DNA of 63,929 nucleotides, filler included, from an uncultured Acidimicrobiia bacterium (GTDB lineage Bacteria; Actinomycetota; Acidimicrobiia; Spongiisociales; JAOTWH01), in assembly GCA_964347285.1 (NCBI GenBank). It is 9 parts of 9 records of this genome, joined end to end, with 100 filler letters (N's around TTAATTAATTAA, not from the genome) between each part and the next. Parts side by side here need not be neighbours in the genome. Positions count along the whole stretch, not along the records: positions 46,557 to 53,775 come from CAYFYE010000110.1; positions 53,876 to 61,065 come from CAYFYE010000111.1; 7 more parts are not named here. The stretch is one strand, 5' to 3'. Positions 50,147 through 58,885 of the stretch are shown here, one piece after another. The translations under genes and the position numbers were made by a program. Numbering within the stretch: the stretch's first letter is position 1; every line of letters starts with the position of its first letter. The notes beneath the pieces were generated by a model, which saw only the letters and a program-made list of their open reading frames with translations, did not search any database and had not been told where the DNA came from.

Positions 50147-51586
50147 GTGGCGAAGCACGGGACGGGAAGAATTGCGGCCTGGTGGCTGCTGGTGGGCGCC
50201 TGGGTGGCAGTGGTGGTCATGGGCGTCGTGTGGGGCCTCGATAGCGCCGAGGAGGAGCTCTCGGTCCGCACCGAAGAGGCGCTGCTAGCCGCTGGTATCG
50301 ATGGAGTGACCGTAGACATCGAGGGTCGGGACGCCGTCCTGGATCTGAGCGCGGTTGCCGACCTAGACGCCTCCTCGGTGGAGGACGTGGTGTTGGGGGT
50401 GCGCGGAGTGCGGGCGGTCCGGTTCGCCGCTCGAGAGGGCGTGGCGGCACCTTCCGAGGCAACGACCTCTACAGTCCCGCCGGCAGCGACTGCGCCCACC
50501 AGTCCGGCGACGACCGAGCCGGCCCCGGAGGCCCCGGCTCCCGTCTCGACTACGGCGCCCACCCCGACTCCTGCGCCTACCCCCACGACAACGCTGGCCC
50601 CACCGGAGCCTTTGGAGCCGGCGCGGCCCAACATCGTCGCCTCGCTGTCGTCGGGGCTGCTGACGGTGTCGGGAACGGTTGCCGACGCCGAAGCGGCAGG
50701 TCGCCTGGCGGCGGTGACCGAACTCATCTACGCACCACTGGTCGACAACCAGCTGACGGTGGATCCACAGGCACCCGATGCCGAGTGGGTGTCCGGCATT
50801 GCCGATGCGGTGGCGTTCCTTCCGATCGTCGGCACCGCCACTGTGGAAGTCGCCGGGGACCGGGCCATCCTCACCGGCGTGACCGGGTCGGAAGTGAAGA
50901 AGGCCCAGCTCGAAGGAGCGCTGCAGCAGTCGCTCGGTCCGTCGGTGACCATCGACAACCGGATCGAGGTCACCGGAGCAGAGCCGCCCCTCTACGATGC
51001 CTCTGCTCCCGGCGACGGCACAGTCATCCTGCGAGGAGTCATGCCCGATCAGGCGTCCATCGACCTGATCGCCGGCGCTGCCATCGATGCCTACGGCCCG
51101 GAGAACGTCATCAACGAAATGGCCATCGACGATGGGGTCGAGGCCACGTTCTCGGTGTTCCGGATTCCTTTCACGTTCCTCCTGCTGCAACCGGTGCCGC
51201 AGTGGGAGGTCCACATCGAGAACGACGTGATCTCCGGCGGGCTGCGGGGCGGCGCGACCTTCGCCTTCGGCAGCGCCGAGCTGACCCCGGAGTTGGAGCA
51301 GTTGGCCGGCGTCGCCGCCGGCATCCTCCTTCGCAACCCGACCGTCGTGATGACGATCGAAGGGCACACCGATTCCATCGGCACCGATCAGTTCAACCAG
51401 GGCCTGAGCGAGGCGCGGGCCGAGGCCGGCAAGGCCCATATCGTCGGCCTCGGCGTCGACCCGGCCCGCCTCACTGCCGTCGGCTACGGCGAATCAAGGC
51501 CGATTGCCGACAATGACACCCCGGCCGGCAGGACGCAGAACCGTCGGCTCGAGTTCGTGATGGGAGCAACACAAGGAGCGGGATGA
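50147..51586 (+). CDS. TM + BON-like domains + OmpA-like peptidoglycan-binding domain (ArfA/Rv0899-like)
   Basis: N-terminal TM; VDIEGRDA, LTVSGTV, VILRGVMPD repeats; IEGHTDSIG, NQGLSEARA, GYGESRP, NRRLE. Confidence 0.88.
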   Translation: MAKHGTGRIAAWWLLVGAWVAVVVMGVVWGLDSAEEELSVRTEEALLAAGIDGVTVDIEGRDAVLDLSAVADLDASSVEDVVLGVRGVRAVRFAAREGVAAPSEATTSTVPPAATAPTSPATTEPAPEAPAPVSTTAPTPTPAPTPTTTLAPPEPLEPARPNIVASLSSGLLTVSGTVADAEAAGRLAAVTELIYAPLVDNQLTVDPQAPDAEWVSGIADAVAFLPIVGTATVEVAGDRAILTGVTGSEVKKAQLEGALQQSLGPSVTIDNRIEVTGAEPPLYDASAPGDGTVILRGVMPDQASIDLIAGAAIDAYGPENVINEMAIDDGVEATFSVFRIPFTFLLLQPVPQWEVHIENDVISGGLRGGATFAFGSAELTPELEQLAGVAAGILLRNPTVVMTIEGHTDSIGTDQFNQGLSEARAEAGKAHIVGLGVDPARLTAVGYGESRPIADNDTPAGRTQNRRLEFVMGATQGAG

Positions 51587-51894
51587 TGCGCGGAACTGCC
51601 TACGCCGTAGTCGAGATACTGATCTTCCTGGTCGCGACCACGGCCATCGGATTCTTCCTCGGCTGGTTGTGGCCGTGGCGGGGCAGGCCCTCGGCGGACC
51701 AGGCCAAGGCCGCCGACCGCTCGCCTGCATTGGAGACCCAGGCGCTCATACTCGAGGGGCGGTTGGCGGAAGTCACCGAGCGGTTGGAGAAGTCCATGGC
51801 CGAGTCGGCCGAGCTGCGCACCGAGCTGTCCATCGCCGAGTCGAAGTTCGCGTCGCTGCTGGACGCGCGATCTTCGGGCGACGGTGAGGCCTGA
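51583..51894 (+). CDS. Small TM + coiled-coil protein
   Basis: EILIFLVATTAIGFFLGWLW, then heptad-like helix; ATGA overlap. Confidence 0.75.
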   Translation: MMRGTAYAVVEILIFLVATTAIGFFLGWLWPWRGRPSADQAKAADRSPALETQALILEGRLAEVTERLEKSMAESAELRTELSIAESKFASLLDARSSGDGEA

Positions 51895-51951
51895 ACTCGG
51901 CGAAACGCCCGATCCTCTCCGGCGCGCCCTTCCCAGAGAACCGGCCCACGG

Positions 51952-51990
51952 CGCGCAAAACCCCCCGTATGAGCCGGGGGGTTCTGCGCG
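51952..51990. terminator. Hairpin between convergent genes
   Basis: CGCGCAAAACCCCCCG-N7-CGGGGGGTTCTGCGCG. Confidence 0.65.
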
Positions 51991-52000
51991 AGGGGACCTG

Positions 52001-52249
52001 TCAGACCTGAGAGTCGGCCATCTCGAGAAGAGGTACGGCCTCTTCCCATCGCTCCCACACGTAGGCGAGTAGTCGGAGCTTCTCAGGGGCATCCGGGTCG
52101 GAGAGGATGAAGCGACCCACTTCGAGCACCGTGTCGGGTTCGTCGCAGAGGCCGACCAGTTCGAGGGCATGGCGGGTCTTGTCGAGGTGCGCGGCTTCGC
52201 TCTCGGAGAGGCTGAACCACTCGACCCACTTGACCGTCTCGGGCAACAT
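52001..52249 (-). CDS. Hypothetical helical protein (82 aa)
   Basis: GGAGGAG RBS before ATG 52249; ends at the hairpin. Confidence 0.65.
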   Translation of the reverse strand: MLPETVKWVEWFSLSESEAAHLDKTRHALELVGLCDEPDTVLEVGRFILSDPDAPEKLRLLAYVWERWEEAVPLLEMADSQV

Positions 52250-52383
52250 CTGTTTCTCCTCCCGTCTGGTACCTATCCGGCCCGTCACCTAGTACGACCG
52301 ACGAGCGGCGAATTCCTGACACGGGCTAGCCGGTTTTCTTTACGGATTCTCCGAGTAACCTCCGGGCCTGGATTAGGGGCTAC

Positions 52384-53775
52384 GTGGCTGTTGAGCGCCA
52401 GGAGCGCGATTCCGATCTCGTCGCCGCCGCCCGAAGCGGAGACCGTGAAGCGTTCGCCGCTCTCTACGACAGGCACTTTCCGGCGATCTACGACTTCCTG
52501 GTCAGGCTGCTGAGGAATAGCACCGATGCCGCCGACATCACCCAGGACTCGTTCGTGCGTGCCATGGAGCGGCTCGACCAGCTCGAAACCCCCGAGCGCT
52601 TCAGGAGCTGGCTGTTCTCGATCGCCTACCGCCTCGGCCTCAACCGGATCGAGCAACGCAAGAGAACCGGAACCCTCATTGCCGAGGAGGACGAAATCGG
52701 ATCCGAGGTTCTGGCCCAGATCGACCCGGCTCGCCTCGACGATCCGGCCCAGGCCGCCGAGGCCCGAGAAACGGCCTCGCTGGTGTGGGAGATCGCCGAG
52801 GGCCTCGATGAACGGTCCTACGCCGCCCTCGACCTCCACGTCAGACAGGGACTCCCCAGCGGAGAGATCGCCGAAGCCCTCGGTGTCTCGAAGAGCAACG
52901 CCTACGCCATCGTCAGCCGCATGAAGAAGACGCTGGCCGATTCCATCGGCACCTACCTCCTGGTGCGAAGGGGCAGTACCGAATGTGAGTCGCTCTCCGG
53001 CCTGCTCTCGAATGTCCGCGTGCCGCCGGTGGACTCTGAGATCCGGCGCATGGTCAACACCCACGTCGAGTCGTGCGAGACCTGCCAGAAGACCCGCCGC
53101 CGTCTCCTCGTCCCGGCCACGCTGTTCAGCGCCCTTTCGGTCGTGCCTGCCCCCACTGGGTTGCAGACCTCGATCTGGGAGGGTGTGGCCGGCGGAACGT
53201 TGGCCGGCGCTGCGGCTGCAGGTGGTGCCGCCGGAGGATCAGGTGGAGGCGGATCGGGCTGGGCGACGGTGGGAGAGGCCCTCAAGAGTCCGGCTGGCAT
53301 CGCCGCAACGGTCGGCGTGGGGGTGGTAGCGGCGGCGAGCATCTGGCTGGCGCTCGGCGGGACCGATGGAGGGGCCGAGCCGCAGGTGCTGTCGGCCGGC
53401 CTCGAGCAACCGGCACCGCCGCCGGCCACGACCGTGGCGGCTCCGACTGTTCCGGAGACGAGCCCCGCCCCGAGTATTGCTCCGAGCACGACGGCGCTCA
53501 TCGACGCGGCCCCAGATCCCGGCGACGTGGTCAGCTCCAGTCACCGGGTCGGCACGGCATCCACCGAGCCCGTGGTGGTGGTCGAGTGGACGCCGCTGCA
53601 GGGCGCCCGCGGGTACTCGGTATCGTGGACGGCCGGAGCCAACGATCTGCCCGACCGGGTCGTCGACCTTCCCGGCGACGCTTCCGGTACCACCAGCCCA
53701 CCGCTGGCGCCGGGATCGTGGTGGTTCCATCTCCGGACCCAGGGGGGAGACGGCAATTGGAGCTCGACGGTGCAC
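52384..53775 (+). CDS. ECF sigma factor fused to zinc-binding anti-sigma motif, TM helix and extracellular beta domain; 3'-partial
   Basis: AADITQDSF, FRSWLFSIA, EIAEALG; C...HVESCETC; TM; Pro/Thr linker; FN3-like W..GYSVSW..PGSWWFHLR. Confidence 0.88.
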
Positions 53776-53875
53776 NNNNNNNNNNNNNNNNNNNNNNNNN
53801 NNNNNNNNNNNNNNNNNNNTTAATTAATTAANNNNNNNNNNNNNNNNNNNNNNNNNNNNNNNNNNNNNNNNNNNN

Positions 53876-53945
53876 GCGACCGGGTGGGCCAAGTCCAAGG
53901 ACGGCCCAGTCGAGGCGATCCGGGCGTTGTCCGTGTACCGATTGC
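53876..53945 (+). mobile_element. Possible IS110 transposase fragment at contig start
   Basis: ATGWAKSKDGPVEAIRALSV resembles the AKxxDGxVEAIRxL segment of actinobacterial IS110 transposases. Confidence 0.4.
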
Positions 53946-54249
53946 CAAACGCTCTGGCCTCGGTGTCCTGGGAGGGCAGGCTGGACCTCGTCGCATTCGG
54001 CCCAAACACGAACCAGATTTTCGGCACCCACCACTGCTGAGAGGCCGGGGTCGGTCCCCTCACAGTATCAAACGAATGAGAAGGAGCAGGCCGGGAGATA
54101 CTCTGGCCTGCTCTCCGCCCGTTTCGCGGCCCTCCGCCTACATCCCGCGGCCGCTCCTAGTAGGTTCGGCGCCACGCTCGGCGCTGGAGCGGGCCAACAG
54201 ATGCGATGAATACGATTGGTGCCAGAAGGTACGTCGGGAGGGCGGAGAC

Positions 54250-56223
54250 ATGAAGGGAGTGTTGAAGACGATGCGTCTCGTTGCAGCGGTGACGCTATTT
54301 GCCGGCGTGCTCAGCGGCACGGGCGCCGCAGCAGCCGGTGGCGCCAGTATCGAGAACCCGAGAGGATGGGACGCGCGGGTGGAAGTGGCGCCTGCCGCGG
54401 ACGTGAATCCCGACCCGCGGATCGTCGAGGTCCATCTGACAGCCGTAGAGACCGAGGTCCGCCTGGCACCCGGAAAGTCGACGACCGTTTGGGCCTACAA
54501 CGGCCAAGTGCCGGGACCGCTGATCGAGGCGAACGTCGGCGATACGCTCATCGTTCATCTCAACAATGAGCTGCCCGTGGGAACGAGCATTCACTGGCAC
54601 GGCGTCGAAGTGCCGGCCGAGATGGATGGGAGCAACCTCTCCCAGCTCGAGGTACCCCCCGGGGAGTCGTTCACCTATCGGTTCAAGGTCCTCAACCCGG
54701 CGACCCATTGGTACCACCCTCATTTCCGTACCAACGAGCAGATCGATCTTGGTCTGGCGGGCCCTCTCATCCTGCGCGATCCAGGTGAGGACGCGGCTCT
54801 CGAGACGGCCGGCCTGCCGAAGAGCACCGAGCTCACGCTCGTCCTCGATGACATGTTGCTCGACGCCACCAGGCAGCACGTCGCGTTCGCCACAGAGGAG
54901 TTGGAGCTGCCGATGGACGAGCGCACCTTGAGTCCGGGGCAGATCGCGGAGCAGATCATGAACGGGCGTGAAGGCAACGTGATCCTGGTCAACGGCCGGG
55001 AAGTGCCGACGGTAGTCATGCGGAGGGGCGTTCCTCAGCGTCTCCGCATCATCAATGTCGCCAACGGGAGGTCCATGCGCCTTTCGATCCCGGGCCACAC
55101 CCTGTACCGGATCGGTGGCGACGGTGGCCTCCTCGAAAGCGCCCTACCCATCCAACCGATAGGAATGGTCGCAGATCCCGACGAATCTGAGGGCCTGATC
55201 TCCGACCCGAATCCAAACGTAGGCCTTCTGCTCACGCCGAGCGAGCGAGCGGATATCGTCTTCACCCCGTCCGGCCCGAAGGGTCAGGAGCTGTACCTGG
55301 AGTGGCACGACTTCGCCCGCGGTCGACACAGCATCCTGACGGATGACTCGGGGAACGTGGTGGGCTTGGGGGATGCCCCGGACGACGGCAAGCGTGCTCC
55401 CAGGAAGATCATGCGTATCGTCCTCGCTGGTCGGACCCCCAACGTGCCCGCGTTGGCCTTACCCTCCCCGCTGCCGCGCTCCGACCACAGCCCCCTGGTC
55501 GATCTCCGCCAGATGATCGACCTCGACGACACGGGAGTCGGAGTGCCTGAAGATACCGGCGCCGCCATGCCGGTCTTCTTTGGCCACGCCCCGCCCCAAC
55601 CGAGCGGGAACACCGTCTTCTTCTCGGCGGTGCAGAACCGGGATGGATTGTTGGACGCAGTACGAGCCAAAACTGCCGAAGCTGCCGCCGGCAACGGGAC
55701 GCCGGTCGCGGGTATGGTCGGGCCGCCCCTTTTCGGCCCGAGACCTTTTGCGGTGGTCGACTCGAACGTCGCATTGGACGCGACCATCGGCGATGTCAAG
55801 TTCTTGGAGGTCGTCAATTTCACCGGCGCCGACCACCCCTTTCACCTCCATGGCTTCTTCTTCCAGCCCATCGAGACCCTGGTCGTGAACCTCGGGAGCG
55901 CCGCAGCGCCGGCCGGTGTCGAGACCATCGCCTACCCGCTCGAGAACAAGGACAGCATCCGCCTGCCGGCCAGGCCGGGCGCCCTGGGCCGAAGTTGGAC
56001 GATCACGCGCTTGGCCATCCGCTTCGACGACAGCGCCCGAGCCGACTCGCCCCTTGGTCTCGTGCGCGGTGACGAGCAGCTCGTCGCGTTCGGCGGAGTT
56101 CCGGATGGAACCGGCACCAATCTGCCGAGCCTCGGGGACTCGGGCGGTTGGGTGTTCCACTGCCACATCAACGAGCACGCAGACCAGGGAATGATGTCGT
56201 TCTACAACCTGGTGGCCCGCTAG
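54250..56223 (+). CDS. Secreted three-domain multicopper oxidase
   Basis: Signal peptide; IHWHG, WYHPH, HPFHLHG, HCHINEHADQGMM. Confidence 0.93.
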   Translation: MKGVLKTMRLVAAVTLFAGVLSGTGAAAAGGASIENPRGWDARVEVAPAADVNPDPRIVEVHLTAVETEVRLAPGKSTTVWAYNGQVPGPLIEANVGDTLIVHLNNELPVGTSIHWHGVEVPAEMDGSNLSQLEVPPGESFTYRFKVLNPATHWYHPHFRTNEQIDLGLAGPLILRDPGEDAALETAGLPKSTELTLVLDDMLLDATRQHVAFATEELELPMDERTLSPGQIAEQIMNGREGNVILVNGREVPTVVMRRGVPQRLRIINVANGRSMRLSIPGHTLYRIGGDGGLLESALPIQPIGMVADPDESEGLISDPNPNVGLLLTPSERADIVFTPSGPKGQELYLEWHDFARGRHSILTDDSGNVVGLGDAPDDGKRAPRKIMRIVLAGRTPNVPALALPSPLPRSDHSPLVDLRQMIDLDDTGVGVPEDTGAAMPVFFGHAPPQPSGNTVFFSAVQNRDGLLDAVRAKTAEAAAGNGTPVAGMVGPPLFGPRPFAVVDSNVALDATIGDVKFLEVVNFTGADHPFHLHGFFFQPIETLVVNLGSAAAPAGVETIAYPLENKDSIRLPARPGALGRSWTITRLAIRFDDSARADSPLGLVRGDEQLVAFGGVPDGTGTNLPSLGDSGGWVFHCHINEHADQGMMSFYNLVAR

Positions 56224-56503
56224 TCGCGTTGGCGTTCTGTAGGCGGATCACGCCGCGTGCAACGACGATCGCGCCCGGAAGCCTTCTCGCGGCAGGGGTC
56301 ACTGGTTCGAGTCCGGCTCGGCGGCAAGGCTTTGGTCCCGGCATGGCGGAGTGGGGTCGCCACGACCATCGCCGAACTCATGGCCGGGCCCATCGACATC
56401 GACGCCTGGTCGGCCGTGCTGTGTTGCGCCGGCGCCGGCGCCCGCGGGTCGGCCGCAGGGCATCGTTCGGTCGGACGCACATCATCGTCGCTAGCGTCGG
56501 CTT

Positions 56504-57802
56504 GTGGCGAAGGGCTTCCTCCTCCCAGAAGAACCGGTCACGACGCTCGACGAGTATCTGACCCAGGGCGGGGGTGAGGGCCTGCGCCGCGCTGAAGGGA
56601 TGGGACCCGAGGCCGTGGTCGCCGAGGTGCGGTCGGCCGGTTTGCGAGGGAGAGGGGGAGCCGGCTTCCCGACCGGCATCAAGTGGGCCGGCTTGCGGGA
56701 CGACCCCTCCCCGATCAGGTACGTGGTCTGCAACGGTGCCGAGGGAGAGCCGGGCACGTTCAAGGACCGGAGCCTGATGCGGGCCAACCCCTACCAGCTC
56801 ATCGAGGGTATCGCTGTTGCCGCGTTCGCCCTGGGTGCGGAGGCTGCCTTCCTGGGGATCAAGCGCAGCTTCGGCCCCGAGCTGGCTTCCGTGAAGAGGG
56901 CCCTCGCCGAGATGTCGGCGGCCGGGGCAGCCGGACCGGTGTCCATCGGCATCGTCGAGGGACCCGACGACTATCTGTTCGGCGAGGAGAAGGCACTGCT
57001 CGAGGTCGTCGAGGGCAATGAGCCTCTTCCCAGGCTCTACCCGCCGTACATCGAGGGCCTGTTCAGCTCTCCGGACCGGCCCAACCCGGCGGTGGTCAAC
57101 AACGTCGAGACGTTGAGCAATGTGCCCCACATCATCGCTCGGGGAGCCGAGTGGTTTCGGAGCCTGGGCACTGAAGAATCCCCGGGCACCATGGTGTTCA
57201 CGTTGTCCGGAGACGTCGAGCAGGAGGGTGTGGTCGAGCTGGAGTTGGGGACCCCGTTGTCGTTCCTCATCTACTGGGTCGGTGAGGGCATCGTCGAGGG
57301 ACGATCCCTCAAGGCGATGGTTTCCGGAGTGTCGAATCGACCGCTACCCGCATCGCTCATGGACACGCCCCTCTCCTTCGAGGCGATGAAGGCGGTGGGC
57401 TCCGGACTGGGCTCGGGTGGGATCATCGTCTACGACGAAACGGCATGCATGGTCAGGGTGGGGGAGGTCCTCTCCCGATTCCTGGCCCGGGAATCCTGCG
57501 GCCAGTGCCCACCGTGCAAGTTGGGGACCGAGGCCATCACGCGCCGATTTGCCGATTTGCACTCTCCCGGCGGGCGGGTCGGGTCTCTCGACGAGTTGGG
57601 CGCCTGGACCCTGCGGATCACCGATGCCAATCGATGCGGGCTGGGCGCCGGCCAGCGCGCCCTCGTCGAGGGCCTGCTCGACGGCTTCTGGGAAGAGATA
57701 GTCGGACATGTCGACGGGCCCTGCCGGCTCGATCGGGAGGTCCGGGTTCCGGCGATCTCCGACTATGACGAGGTGGCCAAGCGCTTCGTTTATGTTGAGT
57801 GA
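56504..57802 (+). CDS. Stand-alone NuoF-like FMN/[4Fe-4S] flavoprotein
   Basis: GLRGRGGAGFPTG, NGAEGEPGTFKDR, YLFGEEKAL, NNVETL, ESCGQCPPC...C. Confidence 0.9.
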   Translation: MAKGFLLPEEPVTTLDEYLTQGGGEGLRRAEGMGPEAVVAEVRSAGLRGRGGAGFPTGIKWAGLRDDPSPIRYVVCNGAEGEPGTFKDRSLMRANPYQLIEGIAVAAFALGAEAAFLGIKRSFGPELASVKRALAEMSAAGAAGPVSIGIVEGPDDYLFGEEKALLEVVEGNEPLPRLYPPYIEGLFSSPDRPNPAVVNNVETLSNVPHIIARGAEWFRSLGTEESPGTMVFTLSGDVEQEGVVELELGTPLSFLIYWVGEGIVEGRSLKAMVSGVSNRPLPASLMDTPLSFEAMKAVGSGLGSGGIIVYDETACMVRVGEVLSRFLARESCGQCPPCKLGTEAITRRFADLHSPGGRVGSLDELGAWTLRITDANRCGLGAGQRALVEGLLDGFWEEIVGHVDGPCRLDREVRVPAISDYDEVAKRFVYVE

Positions 57803-57826
57803 GCGTTCTGGCGGCGAGGAGGCACC

Positions 57827-57856
57827 TTGCTCGCACAATGGCCGGATCGCTATACT
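57827..57856 (+). promoter_or_regulatory. Housekeeping-sigma promoter of the str operon
   Basis: TTGCTC-N18-TATACT, about 180 bp upstream of rpsL. Confidence 0.6.
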
Positions 57857-58038
57857 GCGGTGCCGTGGTTGATCCATAGCCCCCTCTCGTAAGGGGCGCG
57901 TCGTGCCGCGACCCGGGCACGGCGAGGCCTGAGAGTACGGGTCAACACTGAGGGTCGGCGAGTCAATCCAGAAAGGATTGGGGCGCCGACTTTCGCGTGT
58001 GCACCGGTGCACGCCGGTGCCTTCGCCGAGGAGAACGC

Positions 58039-58410
58039 GTGCCGACGATCCAGCAACTGGTCCGCCAGGGCAGGTCCCCCAAGCGGAAGAAGGAGAAGAC
58101 TCCCGGCCTCGCCGGTTCACCGCAGCGCCGAGGAGTGTGCACTCGCGTCTACACGGTGACCCCGAAGAAGCCGAACTCGGCTCTCCGCAAGGTGTGCCGC
58201 GTTCGCCTCACTTCGGGTATCGAGGTGACGGCGTACATCCCCGGTGAAGGCCACAACCTCCAGGAGCACTCGATCGTGCTGGTGCGAGGGGGCCGGGTTC
58301 GAGATCTTCCGGGGGTGCGCTACAAAGTAATCAGAGGCGCTCTCGACGCCGCCGGTGTCGAGGGCCGTCAGAAGGCGCGGTCCCGCTACGGGTCGCGTCG
58401 GGAGAGCTAA
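58039..58410 (+). CDS. rpsL: 30S ribosomal protein S12
   Basis: [31 protein letters not shown]. Confidence 0.98.
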   Translation: MPTIQQLVRQGRSPKRKKEKTPGLAGSPQRRGVCTRVYTVTPKKPNSALRKVCRVRLTSGIEVTAYIPGEGHNLQEHSIVLVRGGRVRDLPGVRYKVIRGALDAAGVEGRQKARSRYGSRRES

Positions 58411-58412
58411 TC

Positions 58413-58880
58413 ATGCGTCGCGCTCCTGCCGTCGTTCGCAAGGTGGAGCCAGATCCCGTGTTCCGCAGCGTCCTGGTGAGCCAGGTCGTGAACGCGGTGC
58501 TGCTGGACGGCAAGAAGGAGGTGGCCCGCCGCATCGTGTATGGCGCCCTCGAGATCATCGAGAAGCGCACCGGGTCCGATCCGTTGCAGATCCTCAAACG
58601 GGCCGTCGACAACATCAAACCCCAGGTGGAGGTGCGGTCCCGGCGTGTGGGCGGCTCCAGCTACCAGGTCCCCGTGGAGGTACGGCCCCGGCGGGCCAAC
58701 ACGTTGGCCATTCGGTGGTTGGTCCACTATTCGCGCCGGCGGCCCGAGCACACGATGGCGGAGCGCCTCGCTCACGAGACGCTCGATGCATCCAACGACA
58801 CCGGTGCCGCCATAAAACGTCGAGACGATGTTCACAAGATGGCCGAGTCCAACAAGGCCTTTGCCCACTACCGCTGGTAA
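58413..58880 (+). CDS. rpsG: 30S ribosomal protein S7
   Basis: [32 protein letters not shown]. Confidence 0.98.
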   Translation: MRRAPAVVRKVEPDPVFRSVLVSQVVNAVLLDGKKEVARRIVYGALEIIEKRTGSDPLQILKRAVDNIKPQVEVRSRRVGGSSYQVPVEVRPRRANTLAIRWLVHYSRRRPEHTMAERLAHETLDASNDTGAAIKRRDDVHKMAESNKAFAHYRW

Positions 58881-58885
58881 GTGAC

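Noticed and set aside
50147..51586. OmpA as evidence of an outer membrane
   Set aside because: Only the C-terminal peptidoglycan-binding domain is present; there is no beta-barrel.
53884..54249. N-terminal extension of the multicopper oxidase
   Set aside because: The RBS and signal peptide indicate a start at 54250.
58355..58885. Extended 877-aa EF-G
   Set aside because: The extension is an alternative frame over rpsL/rpsG; fusA starts at 58886.
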